This document shows, piece by piece, positions 17,543 through 26,234 of a stretch of 48,758 bases of DNA; the stretch's first letter is position 1, and the number at the start of each line of letters is the position of its first letter. The position numbers and the translations under genes were made by a program. The stretch is from a virus (lineage: Duplodnaviria > Caudoviricetes). The notes under the pieces are model-generated. The model saw only the letters and a program-made list of their open reading frames with translations, was not told where the DNA came from and did not search any database. The stretch is from IMG/VR virus record IMGVR_UViG_3300027902_000002, positions 1-48,758 of that record, one strand, 5' to 3'.

Positions 17543-18295
17543 TTAGTCGAAATACCACTCCACGAACTGCTTATCACCATACACGATACTATAATAGTGT
17601 TGTTTCATCATAGGATGCGGGTTAGGGTCTCGTTCCATATATTTCTTAAACTTCATACGCTGCTCGTTTTCAGGAATAGACCATCCATAATGCTTAATAT
17701 GTAACCCCGATGGTATAAGTGGTTCCGGGCTGTTTATCGGCGTCCTGCCTCCGTGTAGGGCTGCCGGGCTCCATTGGTAGTTCACTTGGGGTAACCAGCG
17801 TACCATACAGAGCATTTGCTTTTGTACCGGGTTCCATCCCCTGTCGATGCGTACGTGCTTCTTATCGCCCCAGAACTCCCAGAACTGGAAGTAATAGCCA
17901 TTCACTTCATCTTGGGCCATCATCTGGTCCTTAACGGCTGGGAATCGTTTATCCATTTCCTCGTCCGTATCTATGGCTAAAACCCAATCTTGGTCATGTC
18001 GTGGTAGTATATCAGTCCATAGGAACGACCGTAACTCGTTTTCCGCTTCCCAGAACGTTGATTCGTTGTTTCGGTAATAGAAGATGTTTTTATGCTTTTT
18101 AGCGAAATCTTCCATAATCTTTTGAGTGTTATCCTTACTTCCATCGTCCAATGCCACTATCTGGTCCGCATAGGTCAAGACTTCGGGTATGAAGGTTGGT
18201 AAGGTTTTCTCTTGGTCTTTAATGACCAATGCAACGGTTAAAATATTAGTGGGTGGTTTGTCTATGAATCTGTCATCAACGAGGTTAGTCTTCAT
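17543..18295 (-). CDS. GT-A fold (GT2-like) glycosyltransferase
   Basis: IVALDDGSKDNT and DxD motif WVLAIDTDE. Confidence 0.85.
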   Translation of the reverse strand: MKTNLVDDRFIDKPPTNILTVALVIKDQEKTLPTFIPEVLTYADQIVALDDGSKDNTQKIMEDFAKKHKNIFYYRNNESTFWEAENELRSFLWTDILPRHDQDWVLAIDTDEEMDKRFPAVKDQMMAQDEVNGYYFQFWEFWGDKKHVRIDRGWNPVQKQMLCMVRWLPQVNYQWSPAALHGGRTPINSPEPLIPSGLHIKHYGWSIPENEQRMKFKKYMERDPNPHPMMKQHYYSIVYGDKQFVEWYFD

Positions 18296-19085
18296 CTAAG
18301 ACCACCTTACCATAGCACCGGCCGTCTTGAAGGAATTGCTGCCATTTCTGCTCGAAATATTGCTTACTATTAAAAACATAAGTCTGAAGTACCTGTTCAC
18401 GCTGCTCCGTTTGCTGATGCAAGTGTATTAAGAAGCTCTCAGGCTGATAACGGATTTTATAGCCCTCCCACCGAGCTTTATAGCTAAAGTCGGTTTCCTC
18501 GTAGTATAGGAAGTATCCCGGGTCAAAACCACCCCACTTCTCAAACAAGTCCCTACGTACTGCGTAAACAGCTCCAGAGATTGTCAGACAGTCTTCTGGT
18601 TCGTTGAACTGTCCCTTATCCTCTTTTCCCCAATAATGGTTCATTTCTGGCTCTGCATTGGTCCCCCAGACACAGGCAGCCATTATCTGATTCTGATGGT
18701 TTAAAAGCTTAGGGCCAACCACAGCAACCTTCTTATCATCCCTAAAGGCTTTTATAAGGGGTGTTATCCAATCAGGGCATTTATCATGGACTAATATATC
18801 ACTATTCATAAAGATAATATATTCACCATCGCCCAGCTTAGCACCCTTGTTACAGGCTCCTCCGTATCCAAGGTTCCGGGTTGCCTTCCAGCCCTCCATA
18901 ATATCAGGGAATCGTGCATTGGCCCGGGTTATGTAGTCATAACTCTTATCTGTGCTCGCATTATCTATTACAGTCATTTTATAGTCCGCAAACTCCGTTT
19001 TTTCCAATACTTGCGGTAACGCTTCCTTCATCAAATGTGCGGTGTTAAAGTTCACCAATACCAAATCCACCAAATAATCACTCAT
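18285..19085 (-). CDS. GT2 glycosyltransferase (WbbL/rhamnosyltransferase-like)
   Basis: VIDNASTD, NLGYGGACNKG, FMNSD, GGFDPGYFLYYEETD. Confidence 0.9.
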   Translation of the reverse strand: MSDYLVDLVLVNFNTAHLMKEALPQVLEKTEFADYKMTVIDNASTDKSYDYITRANARFPDIMEGWKATRNLGYGGACNKGAKLGDGEYIIFMNSDILVHDKCPDWITPLIKAFRDDKKVAVVGPKLLNHQNQIMAACVWGTNAEPEMNHYWGKEDKGQFNEPEDCLTISGAVYAVRRDLFEKWGGFDPGYFLYYEETDFSYKARWEGYKIRYQPESFLIHLHQQTEQREQVLQTYVFNSKQYFEQKWQQFLQDGRCYGKVVLDED

Positions 19086-19095
19086 TAAATCACCT

Positions 19096-20052
19096 CTACT
19101 CCTTTTTTACTACCTCAATCTTGGGGGCCACGTCTGTGGGCTCTGTCATGCTCCTCGGAGGCATAGGTGCCATTTGAGGCAATTTCTCTTGCTCCATGTT
19201 CTGCAAATACTGAGCCATCATTGCTTGGTCCATGATATGAGCTGGATGCACTAATCTGTCGAGATAAACCGGAAAGCCGGCTTCTCGTATCCTTTCACAA
19301 AAGTAAACGTCCTCACCTTGCCAATGGGAGCCATACTCGACCCCGGGTAAGTCTAAAATGTCTTTACGTATCGCAGACACCGCCCCAGTCATACCCACCG
19401 ACACCGGGCCACTGTATCGCTCACAGTCGATGTAAGGGCCGCGGGTTCCATCCCAATGAACATTATCGTGTGGGCAAAGGCCGTTAGATTGCTCGTATTC
19501 CCTGTACTGGAGGTATCTGAGGTCCCGGTGGACATAGGCGTTCTCACCATTCGGTAATTTGCCTGATTGTTCCATGAAGTTGTATGCCATGACACCCACC
19601 CATGGTCCGGCCTGTATAGGTCCATTAGGGATTACTCCGGCCGTCATGGGTAAACCCCAGTTTACGAGTGTAGAGATGTCCTTTGGCTGAATTATGATGT
19701 CAGAATCTATGGATACGATAACCTCGTCTTCCTCAGTCCTCATTTCAAGGAAGCGGTTGCGTAGTAATGAAAAATAAGAAAAGAACCGCCCAGCGAACCG
19801 GTTATCCCTCCAGTTCCCATTTGCGGTCCATAAAGAAATTTTGCGAAAATCAGTTCCACGCTCGGATTTAAAGTCTTTAAGCAATTGGAGCGTTTTATCC
19901 TTGCTATTGTTAACAAGCATCGCAAGGTGTATCTGGTCATTCGGATAGTCCGATTTATCAATGGCATTGAGCCAATGGGGAAGTATCCACTCCCGATTCT
20001 GTATGGGTCCGCCTATTAGGATGTTAGGGGTCATTCTAATAGCTCCGCTCAC
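19096..20052 (-). CDS. GT-A fold glycosyltransferase (true start probably MTPNIL)
   Basis: NNSKDKT, LRNRFL, SIDSDI (DxD), GEDVYFC...GFPVYLD...H. Confidence 0.82.
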   Translation of the reverse strand: MSGAIRMTPNILIGGPIQNREWILPHWLNAIDKSDYPNDQIHLAMLVNNSKDKTLQLLKDFKSERGTDFRKISLWTANGNWRDNRFAGRFFSYFSLLRNRFLEMRTEEDEVIVSIDSDIIIQPKDISTLVNWGLPMTAGVIPNGPIQAGPWVGVMAYNFMEQSGKLPNGENAYVHRDLRYLQYREYEQSNGLCPHDNVHWDGTRGPYIDCERYSGPVSVGMTGAVSAIRKDILDLPGVEYGSHWQGEDVYFCERIREAGFPVYLDRLVHPAHIMDQAMMAQYLQNMEQEKLPQMAPMPPRSMTEPTDVAPKIEVVKKE

Positions 20053-20196
20053 TACGTCCCATTAAAATAAGCACGTAAACAAACAGAAGCAGCCCTAATC
20101 CAACTAAAACGAGTAAAAAGTCAATTAACCATGCCATAAGAGCATACGGGTCCAATCAAACCACCTCCTAATGAAGTTGTATATATGCCTTTATTA

Positions 20197-20204
20197 TATA
20201 TAAA
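20197..20204 (-). promoter_or_regulatory. Archaeal TATA box upstream of the glycosyltransferase/histone operon
   Basis: TTTATATA on the minus strand ~25 nt before a GGAGGTG RBS. Confidence 0.55.
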
Positions 20205-20274
20205 TGTGCCTTAATGGACCCGGTGCCCTATATGTAGTGGTCTATTTACCGCAATTTCCTATCAAAGCCTTAAC

Positions 20275-21021
20275 TTAATCAATGAACCTCCCTTGCCTTA
20301 TAGCATCCCTTACACGCCTTAAACTGATTAACTCGGTGTCTATCTCCACCTTTTGATGATGTAAGGTTTTTATCCGGGCTGCAAGGATTTCCAAGGCCGT
20401 GGGCGACTCCCCAGTTTCCGGGTTCTTAGGAGGGTTTGAATCCCCAAAGAATGCGGATGCTATTTGCTTTCCAGCGTCTGCAACAGCCTCAACAGGTGAT
20501 TTCTTGGGGTGTTTGAATCCGGGTGGGCCCGGGTGGAGTACAATATGTCTCCCCTCTGTTAGCACCGGTTCGGCGGTTGTCCCTTCCTCTTGTAAGTCCG
20601 GCCACGCCGTGGGCTCTGCTTTGGGGATGTCTGCGGGCTTTACTTCGCCCGGGTGTTTGAAGTTAAACTCCCTTTTTAGGCTCTTTGGGAGTTTGGCCTT
20701 GTTAATAAGCCAGCGAGACCCATCCTTAACCAGATACCGGTGTATAGCATCTTCAACGGCGTGAGGGGTTCTCCCGTGATTAGTGGCTATCTCACGTGTA
20801 CTATATCCATGTATAAGCAGTCCGCGAAGGTCTCTAAGTCCTTTCAACGTCCACCTGTACCCACGACCACTTCTAATGCCCGCATACTTGGGCTTATCCA
20901 TGTCTGGGTCTTTGGGCTTATGCGTCCAGCAGTAACCATTCGTATGGAGGGCTTCAGCCCTATCCAACGGTCGTCCGCATTCCTTACATTCCAATTTAAT
21001 TGATTTTTCGCCTAAATCCAT
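20275..21021 (-). CDS. Zn-finger plus HTH/Myb-like DNA-binding protein
   Basis: CKEC...CWTH; WT...L...GYSTREIA..HGRT..AV; start at 21021 after GAGGTGA. Confidence 0.65.
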   Translation of the reverse strand: MDLGEKSIKLECKECGRPLDRAEALHTNGYCWTHKPKDPDMDKPKYAGIRSGRGYRWTLKGLRDLRGLLIHGYSTREIATNHGRTPHAVEDAIHRYLVKDGSRWLINKAKLPKSLKREFNFKHPGEVKPADIPKAEPTAWPDLQEEGTTAEPVLTEGRHIVLHPGPPGFKHPKKSPVEAVADAGKQIASAFFGDSNPPKNPETGESPTALEILAARIKTLHHQKVEIDTELISLRRVRDAIRQGRFID

Positions 21022-21059
21022 TCTAATCACCTCTTTTTTTATATCCAACTCGTCCGGGT

Positions 21060-21821
21060 TTAATTATCCCCTTTTGGCAATAGATTGATGTTTCCTTCGC
21101 CGTGAAGTTGTACTTCGTAGTTTTTTGCTCCATACAGTCTTAATGCGTGGGTATATACGAATTTAAGGATGGCTTCATCACTTGCAATAAAATCCATACG
21201 TGATTTACCCTTCTTTTTTGCAATAGACTCTAAATCCCATCCTAATGTTTGTTTAATGTCTTCAAAAAGGTTATCATAAAACTCAACCGAGTTAATGCCT
21301 TGTGTTTTGCAAATAGTCACCGCAAATAGCCATAATCGCTGTCTAATAGACGCATCTTGGAGCGTTCTCAGTTCTATCCCCTTCACGCCTAAAATCTTCT
21401 CAGTCAAGCGTAAATAGTTTGTAACCTCAGATACCGCTTCCTTAATCTCTCCTGAGACATAATAACCGTGCTTACGTATTTGTCGTAAAACTTCTAAAAT
21501 AAAGTCCTGAAATTCTATCGCTTCCTCTGTTTTACTGTTCATTATGAAGGTTAAAACACCTGATTCTGTTAGAAACAGTTGCTTTCCGGAACCAAAGTCA
21601 TCTACACCTTCGCCTGAAACAACAAGCATTGATGGAACCCGCATTACCTTATTAGTTCCATAATTTCTATCATCTGCTCTTAATTTGCTTGTCATCTTCC
21701 TTATTGTATTATCTGCGTATCCTAACACCTTACCTACGTTATAAGGGTCAAAAATTTGTTCCCCTTGGCATTCAAAGGTATATATGTCTGTCCCTTTCCA
21801 ATCAAAGGTCATTGCTTCCAT
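21060..21821 (-). CDS. BRO-N domain protein (antirepressor-like)
   Basis: VGKVLGY, FLTESGV..FIMNSK.EEA.EFQ.FI.EVL.QIRKHG.Y. Confidence 0.85.
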   Translation of the reverse strand: MEAMTFDWKGTDIYTFECQGEQIFDPYNVGKVLGYADNTIRKMTSKLRADDRNYGTNKVMRVPSMLVVSGEGVDDFGSGKQLFLTESGVLTFIMNSKTEEAIEFQDFILEVLRQIRKHGYYVSGEIKEAVSEVTNYLRLTEKILGVKGIELRTLQDASIRQRLWLFAVTICKTQGINSVEFYDNLFEDIKQTLGWDLESIAKKKGKSRMDFIASDEAILKFVYTHALRLYGAKNYEVQLHGEGNINLLPKGDN

Positions 21822-22009
21822 CAAATCACCTCAAATTTTTTATCCTTCAAATAATCCTCTAAAATCTCTACAAGCACAGTTCCCATCGTTATTTTCTTTT
21901 TCTTATTCTTTCGCCTTTCCTTTTGAACGTACAAAGCAAAAGAAGACCATATATTGTCTGATTCAATTGGTATCTGGATGGTTTTACATATCTCGGTTTT
22001 TCCAAGCAT
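21821..22009 (-). CDS. Small DNA-binding protein (RHH-like)
   Basis: Beta-helix-helix pattern, basic; AGGAGG RBS. Confidence 0.55.
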   Translation of the reverse strand: MLGKTEICKTIQIPIESDNIWSSFALYVQKERRKNKKKKITMGTVLVEILEDYLKDKKFEVI

Positions 22010-22063
22010 ATTTTTTTAACCTCCTTATTAGGTCTTTGCTTATATTTGTATTATTGGTTTAAG

Positions 22064-22071
22064 TTTATAAA
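22064..22071 (-). promoter_or_regulatory. TATA box upstream of the RHH/BRO genes
   Basis: TTTATAAA in an AT-rich intergenic region. Confidence 0.45.
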
Positions 22072-22269
22072 TGTTTTGTTTTATAGGGACAAATACATAG
22101 TTAAATAGATAGAAAACTATATAGAGGCCGTTAATTTTAAATAGGAGGACGTACAACAGTTATTTGAAACGTGGTTGTTTCGGTCTCTAATACCTTGAGA
22201 CGCTTTGAGCGGGCCTTTTTATCCCGGGTCTATCCTACTCATTCTAAAAGGGTTTTTGGCTCGCTCATT

Positions 22270-22764
22270 CTACCTCATTTTTTCTATGGCTTTCGCAATG
22301 TCCACCAAATTATATTTAACACCCACTATAACCCTTAAATCCTTCCAAACCTTAGCCCGGTCAATATGAACGTACATCAAGTCCTCCAGGGTCTTCTTTG
22401 GGATGTAGCCGGGTCCTAAGCGTATATATTTTTCATGCACCAATTTACTCCGTACCATGGCGGGCGTGCGGCCCGGGATTAGGGGTGCGAGTTCTTTAAA
22501 GTTCTTGAATGGTGCGTTCTCGAACAGAATCTTCTCCTCCTCCGGTGTCCATACCCGTGCTGGGTTAATACCTCTCTTATCCATAAAATTCACCTCACTT
22601 ATAGCTAAAACTCTCTCATCACTACATTTAGGGCATTCATAGACGAACGTGCCCGGTGTGTTGCCATAGTAGAGTGTTATGAAGCCACCACACACTTTGC
22701 AGTTATGCTGGCCCTTAACTACCTTCCTATGGACTTTTACACCCTTATAATACAACGCCTCCAT
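22270..22764 (-). CDS. Zn-ribbon plus Myb/SANT-like domain protein
   Basis: CKVC...CPKC; WTPEEEKIL...ELA.LIPGRT..MVRSK. Confidence 0.72.
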   Translation of the reverse strand: MEALYYKGVKVHRKVVKGQHNCKVCGGFITLYYGNTPGTFVYECPKCSDERVLAISEVNFMDKRGINPARVWTPEEEKILFENAPFKNFKELAPLIPGRTPAMVRSKLVHEKYIRLGPGYIPKKTLEDLMYVHIDRAKVWKDLRVIVGVKYNLVDIAKAIEKMR

Positions 22765-22768
22765 AATA

Positions 22769-23026
22769 TCAGCCCTTTCGATAATTCCCGGTGCAATGGT
22801 CCCTTAAATTCATAAAGGGCATTGAAACGCTTATACGGGTAATGCTCTCTTCTATCATCGCCTGTTCATCTGCTGGTAGTTTATAGAACTCCGATGTTGG
22901 TATTATGATGTATTGGCCTCTCTTCATATCTGATTCGCACACGCAAACGCCTTTAGGCAATGGCATCCCCGTTAAGTCCTCAATCTTCTTAATCTCATCC
23001 TCTAACCGCCTCTTTTTATCATCCAT
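22769..23026 (-). CDS. Hypothetical protein
   Basis: GGAGTGA RBS; ATG at 23026. Confidence 0.6.
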   Translation of the reverse strand: MDDKKRRLEDEIKKIEDLTGMPLPKGVCVCESDMKRGQYIIIPTSEFYKLPADEQAMIEESITRISVSMPFMNLRDHCTGNYRKG

Positions 23027-23031
23027 TCTTA

Positions 23032-23652
23032 TCACTCCTTTACGGTATATAACATCCCCACACCCGGGTTATGCCGGTCCAACTCCACCCAATGCCAATC
23101 ACGCTCAGACAAGTCCAAGAAATCCTCCACAGCCGGAATCAACCCATTAAAACTCCCACCAGCGTAATCGGCGGGTCCGTTGGCTATATGGGTTTGGTGG
23201 ACGTATCTCTTTGGGATAGCCTTTACATTGAAGTAAAAGTCCCTGTAACGGTTTTCTACGGTGTCATGGACGAAAATAAGCGGCGGCTCGCCCTTAAACT
23301 TTGCGTCGATTATCTGAAGCTCTTTGAGCAAAGTATAGTAGTTATGGTCGCCGTCGAGTATAATAACATCGTAGCGGTCGAGTTTGGGCAGTATCTCAAG
23401 GCTGGGGTAGTTATAAATATCCACCAATTCCGGGTCGTTAGACTCCTGCAATCTCACTTCAGGGAGTATAACGGGGTCCACAATGATAAGCCGCTTGTCT
23501 CCATCCTCTGGTAGTTCTTTAAGGTAGTTGATTATTTTGATGGTGTTCCATCCTTTAAACACCCCTACCTCGACGATAACCCGGGGCTTTGGCTCTAACA
23601 GGTCAAATATCGGTTTCTCAAGTTCATCAAAATAACGATAGATTCTAATCAC
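23032..23652 (-). CDS. SAM-dependent methyltransferase (Methyltransf_24-like)
   Basis: IVEVGVFKG.NT, DVIILDGDHNYYT, FVHD, NGL..AVEDFL. Confidence 0.82.
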   Translation of the reverse strand: MIRIYRYFDELEKPIFDLLEPKPRVIVEVGVFKGWNTIKIINYLKELPEDGDKRLIIVDPVILPEVRLQESNDPELVDIYNYPSLEILPKLDRYDVIILDGDHNYYTLLKELQIIDAKFKGEPPLIFVHDTVENRYRDFYFNVKAIPKRYVHQTHIANGPADYAGGSFNGLIPAVEDFLDLSERDWHWVELDRHNPGVGMLYTVKE

Positions 23653-23833
23653 CCCGATTGAACTCCATTACCCAATCAAACCTAAATTCATACTCCTTTT
23701 GCTTGCAGTCCTGTGCTAATTCCTCTAAAATGGCCCTAATCTCATAATAATCCATGGGAGTCTTAGAAAGTTCCATAGCCTTTTCATGAGCAATAACCAA
23801 GGCTTTTAATGCCTCCCTTAAATCTTCATCCAT
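23645..23833 (-). CDS. Hypothetical protein (62 aa)
   Basis: GGAGG RBS; coupled to next gene. Confidence 0.6.
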   Translation of the reverse strand: MDEDLREALKALVIAHEKAMELSKTPMDYYEIRAILEELAQDCKQKEYEFRFDWVMEFNRGD

Positions 23834-23872
23834 TTAAATCCCTCCGTTTGGCCTCTAAGGGCCTTAAAAAAT

Positions 23873-24142
23873 TCAATAATTTCTGTCCTCTATGGTTTGC
23901 AGTTCTTTTATGAAACATTGTACCTTAACGCCATAAGAGACGTTCCCAGTCTCTATAATGATACGTATGCCAAGCGGAACGTTATCCAAGCCCATAGGTT
24001 GCTTCCCATGGGTTTCAAAGTATTCCTGAATGATTCGGTTGTTTTCGGCTTGCATATCGGGGTCGCTGTGTACTTTGCGAAGTAGTTTAATCTTCTCTTC
24101 CTGATTCCAGTCTCTACGTTCTGTTAATTTCAAATTGCCCAC
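23873..24142 (-). CDS. Hypothetical protein (89 aa)
   Basis: Overlaps the upstream gene end; co-oriented. Confidence 0.55.
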   Translation of the reverse strand: MGNLKLTERRDWNQEEKIKLLRKVHSDPDMQAENNRIIQEYFETHGKQPMGLDNVPLGIRIIIETGNVSYGVKVQCFIKELQTIEDRNY

Positions 24143-24594
24143 CTCTCAATGTTCCAAAGTTCGCCAGTTTCATGACTAATATATCCCATTTCTTCCAAGC
24201 GTTCTATGTATCCCGTTACTTGTTCTGAGGTCTTAATGTCAAGGGATTTCTTAATAAGAGTCTCTAAATCCCCTAAACTTGTATTGTACTCTCCCATGAA
24301 CTTCTCAACGAAATCCTCGACCAGTTTGCGGGTTTTCTTATTCATTTTAGGCTTTGAATTAGGGTTATTAAATTGTTTTTTCTCTGAGGGCGTTGGCCAA
24401 CTCCCATTCTTTTTAGGCCGTCCTACGGGTTTATGAGGGGCAACCCCTCCATAGGCTACATAGAAATCCAGAGCCTCCCCAAGTTCCCTACCTAAAAACC
24501 CATGCTTAGAACCGTACCTTTTTACAACGAAGTCCACGAATCGCTGCCATTTCTCTTTATCGACCCGTGGTCCGAGGGTTATTTTTTTTACCAT
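24130..24594 (-). CDS. DNA-binding protein (RHH-like N-terminus, GRP hook-like linker, wHTH-like C-terminus)
   Basis: VDKEKWQRF...ELGEAL; KPVGRPKK; YIERLEEMGYI. Confidence 0.6.
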   Translation of the reverse strand: MVKKITLGPRVDKEKWQRFVDFVVKRYGSKHGFLGRELGEALDFYVAYGGVAPHKPVGRPKKNGSWPTPSEKKQFNNPNSKPKMNKKTRKLVEDFVEKFMGEYNTSLGDLETLIKKSLDIKTSEQVTGYIERLEEMGYISHETGELWNIERWAI

Positions 24595-24616
24595 ATTGAT
24601 AGTTTGGCCTCCTTTG

Positions 24617-24693
24617 CTTATAAACTTATGGCTAAATGGCTGGTTTAATGCAGCGTTTTAAAGGTGTAGCAAGCACATCCAAGCCTTTATATA
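24617..24693. promoter_or_regulatory. Divergent TATA boxes
   Basis: Minus-strand TTTATAAG at 24617-24624, 22 nt before the ATG at 24594; plus-strand TTTATATA at 24686-24693. Confidence 0.5.
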
Positions 24694-25004
24694 GAATTAA
24701 CCACATATCATAGTAATGGACCCTAAGACGTAAGCGAGGTAAATAAGACCCTAAGCGTGCTCCGTTGTCAGTTGGCTGCAAGTTGGAGACATGAATCTGA
24801 TTTTAAGAAATTTTTTAATTCAACCATAATTATTAGAAATATCGTCCAGTATTCTTTAATCTGGTTTTTGCTTTGAAATATGGGATGTTTTTGGATTCCG
24901 GGCTCATCGACAAAAACTACAAAACTACTTTTGTTGTTTGCTACAATTGTTGCAATGTAGCCACTCTTTTTAGTGTATTAGTAATACCCGGGTTGTAAAA
25001 AAAT

Positions 25005-25385
25005 TTAGGGCCAAGGATGGCTGCGTCCTTCCTTAGCGTAGTCTATCACCCTTGCTTTGGGCCTTTGACGATAGTAATGGCCACGATTGAACCAAACATC
25101 CCTATCCCTAACCTTTAACTTCAATGGCCTGTTATCCGCCATGCGTTCAAGCATTGCTGAGTTTATGAGGCACGCGAGACTGTTTTCAACGTCCTGCATC
25201 TTTATTCGCCTACGGCGTAGGAATGGGAGTAGAATCTCCTGAATCATCCTCACATTCCCCGCATTGTAGCCGAACGGCTTGAGCTCCTCTTTTAGGTCCT
25301 TAGTACCCCAATGGAACTGTTCTTTCCATAGGGTGTATTTACGGCTGTAAGCAGCGTAAACCTCCTTTTTTTTCTTTTTAGCCAT
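25005..25385 (-). CDS. Basic hypothetical protein (126 aa)
   Basis: GGAGGGAG RBS; TAATG coupling to the upstream gene. Confidence 0.65.
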   Translation of the reverse strand: MAKKKKKEVYAAYSRKYTLWKEQFHWGTKDLKEELKPFGYNAGNVRMIQEILLPFLRRRRIKMQDVENSLACLINSAMLERMADNRPLKLKVRDRDVWFNRGHYYRQRPKARVIDYAKEGRSHPWP

Positions 25386-25528
25386 TAATACTCCCTCCTT
25401 CGGTCTAGGTCCTTGCGTATGAGGTTCCTAACATAATCTGAGAGGTTATCATAGGTCCCGGCCTGAATCATGGTGTCTATGGCCTTTATATCGTCCAATT
25501 CGAGTGTTATTGTTTTTGATATTTTCAT
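25385..25528 (-). CDS. Ribbon-helix-helix (CopG/Arc/MetJ-like) protein, 47 aa
   Basis: MKISKTITLELDDIKAIDTMIQAGTYDNLSDYVRNLIRKDL; coupled to both neighbours; below ORF-track cutoff. Confidence 0.75.
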   Translation of the reverse strand: MKISKTITLELDDIKAIDTMIQAGTYDNLSDYVRNLIRKDLDRRREY

Positions 25529-25827
25529 TCATTGCCTCCTGTATCGCTTTGCGATAAGCTTATAATGCCCAGACTTCGCATCTTCCAAGCATTCATCTCA
25601 TTTATAGCTGCGAATGCGTGTTTGCATAGGAACGCTCCCTCGGTTTCCATAGCCCGGTACTCAAAGTCCGGGCATTCGCATCGGAAGTCCGTACCGTTCC
25701 ACTCTACCACGTAGGTGTTGCCATTGCTCCCTGAGACGTTGAATTGCCAGTCGTCGTCGGCTGCGAGGACTACCTCGACTTTTTCGCCGAGGTATAGGAG
25801 TAAGCCGTCCAGAAAACGGTTTCCCAT
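25525..25827 (-). CDS. SWIM zinc-finger protein
   Basis: VSGS.GNTY.V...CECPD...CKH. Confidence 0.85.
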   Translation of the reverse strand: MGNRFLDGLLLYLGEKVEVVLAADDDWQFNVSGSNGNTYVVEWNGTDFRCECPDFEYRAMETEGAFLCKHAFAAINEMNAWKMRSLGIISLSQSDTGGNE

Positions 25828-26103
25828 TTAAGTCGCCTCTGGTCGTGGTGCTACCTTAATTATGACTTCTTGTGCTCCGTAATACTTCGCGGCGGCGTAT
25901 ATGATGTTCATTACTAAAAAGGTCCACCATCCGAAGAATAAGAAGATTAATACGTGTGCTAAGGCGGACCCGTAAGTTTTTTCTTTAACTCTCACAGATT
26001 GCTCGCCTTGCTCCATAATCCTGTATCCTCTGGTTACGTAGTCATCTAAGACGTTATCCATCTCTTTTACTGTATCCACTTTCCTAATTCTCATTTCTGC
26101 CAT
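25828..26103 (-). CDS. Small membrane protein (91 aa)
   Basis: Hydrophobic hairpin HVLIFLFFGWWTFLVMNIIYA. Confidence 0.7.
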   Translation of the reverse strand: MAEMRIRKVDTVKEMDNVLDDYVTRGYRIMEQGEQSVRVKEKTYGSALAHVLIFLFFGWWTFLVMNIIYAAAKYYGAQEVIIKVAPRPEAT

Positions 26104-26234
26104 TATATCATGTCTCCTTGTTTTTCTTTCCTGTTAACGTATTCTAATGCCCAGACGTGGCATATAAAGGTGTCTGGTGCTTCTCCGAGGTATATGTCCC
26201 GGCCTGTTTCCTTATCACGTAGAATGCAATCCAT

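Noticed and set aside
11734-23652. The three methyltransferases as DNA methyltransferases
   Set aside because: No DPPY/NPPY or PC catalytic motifs; motifs fit small-molecule/sugar methyltransferases
24796-24806. TCTGATTTTAA, identical to part of a recalled Methanothermobacter CRISPR repeat
   Set aside because: Only 11 AT-rich nt, with no second repeat at spacer distance
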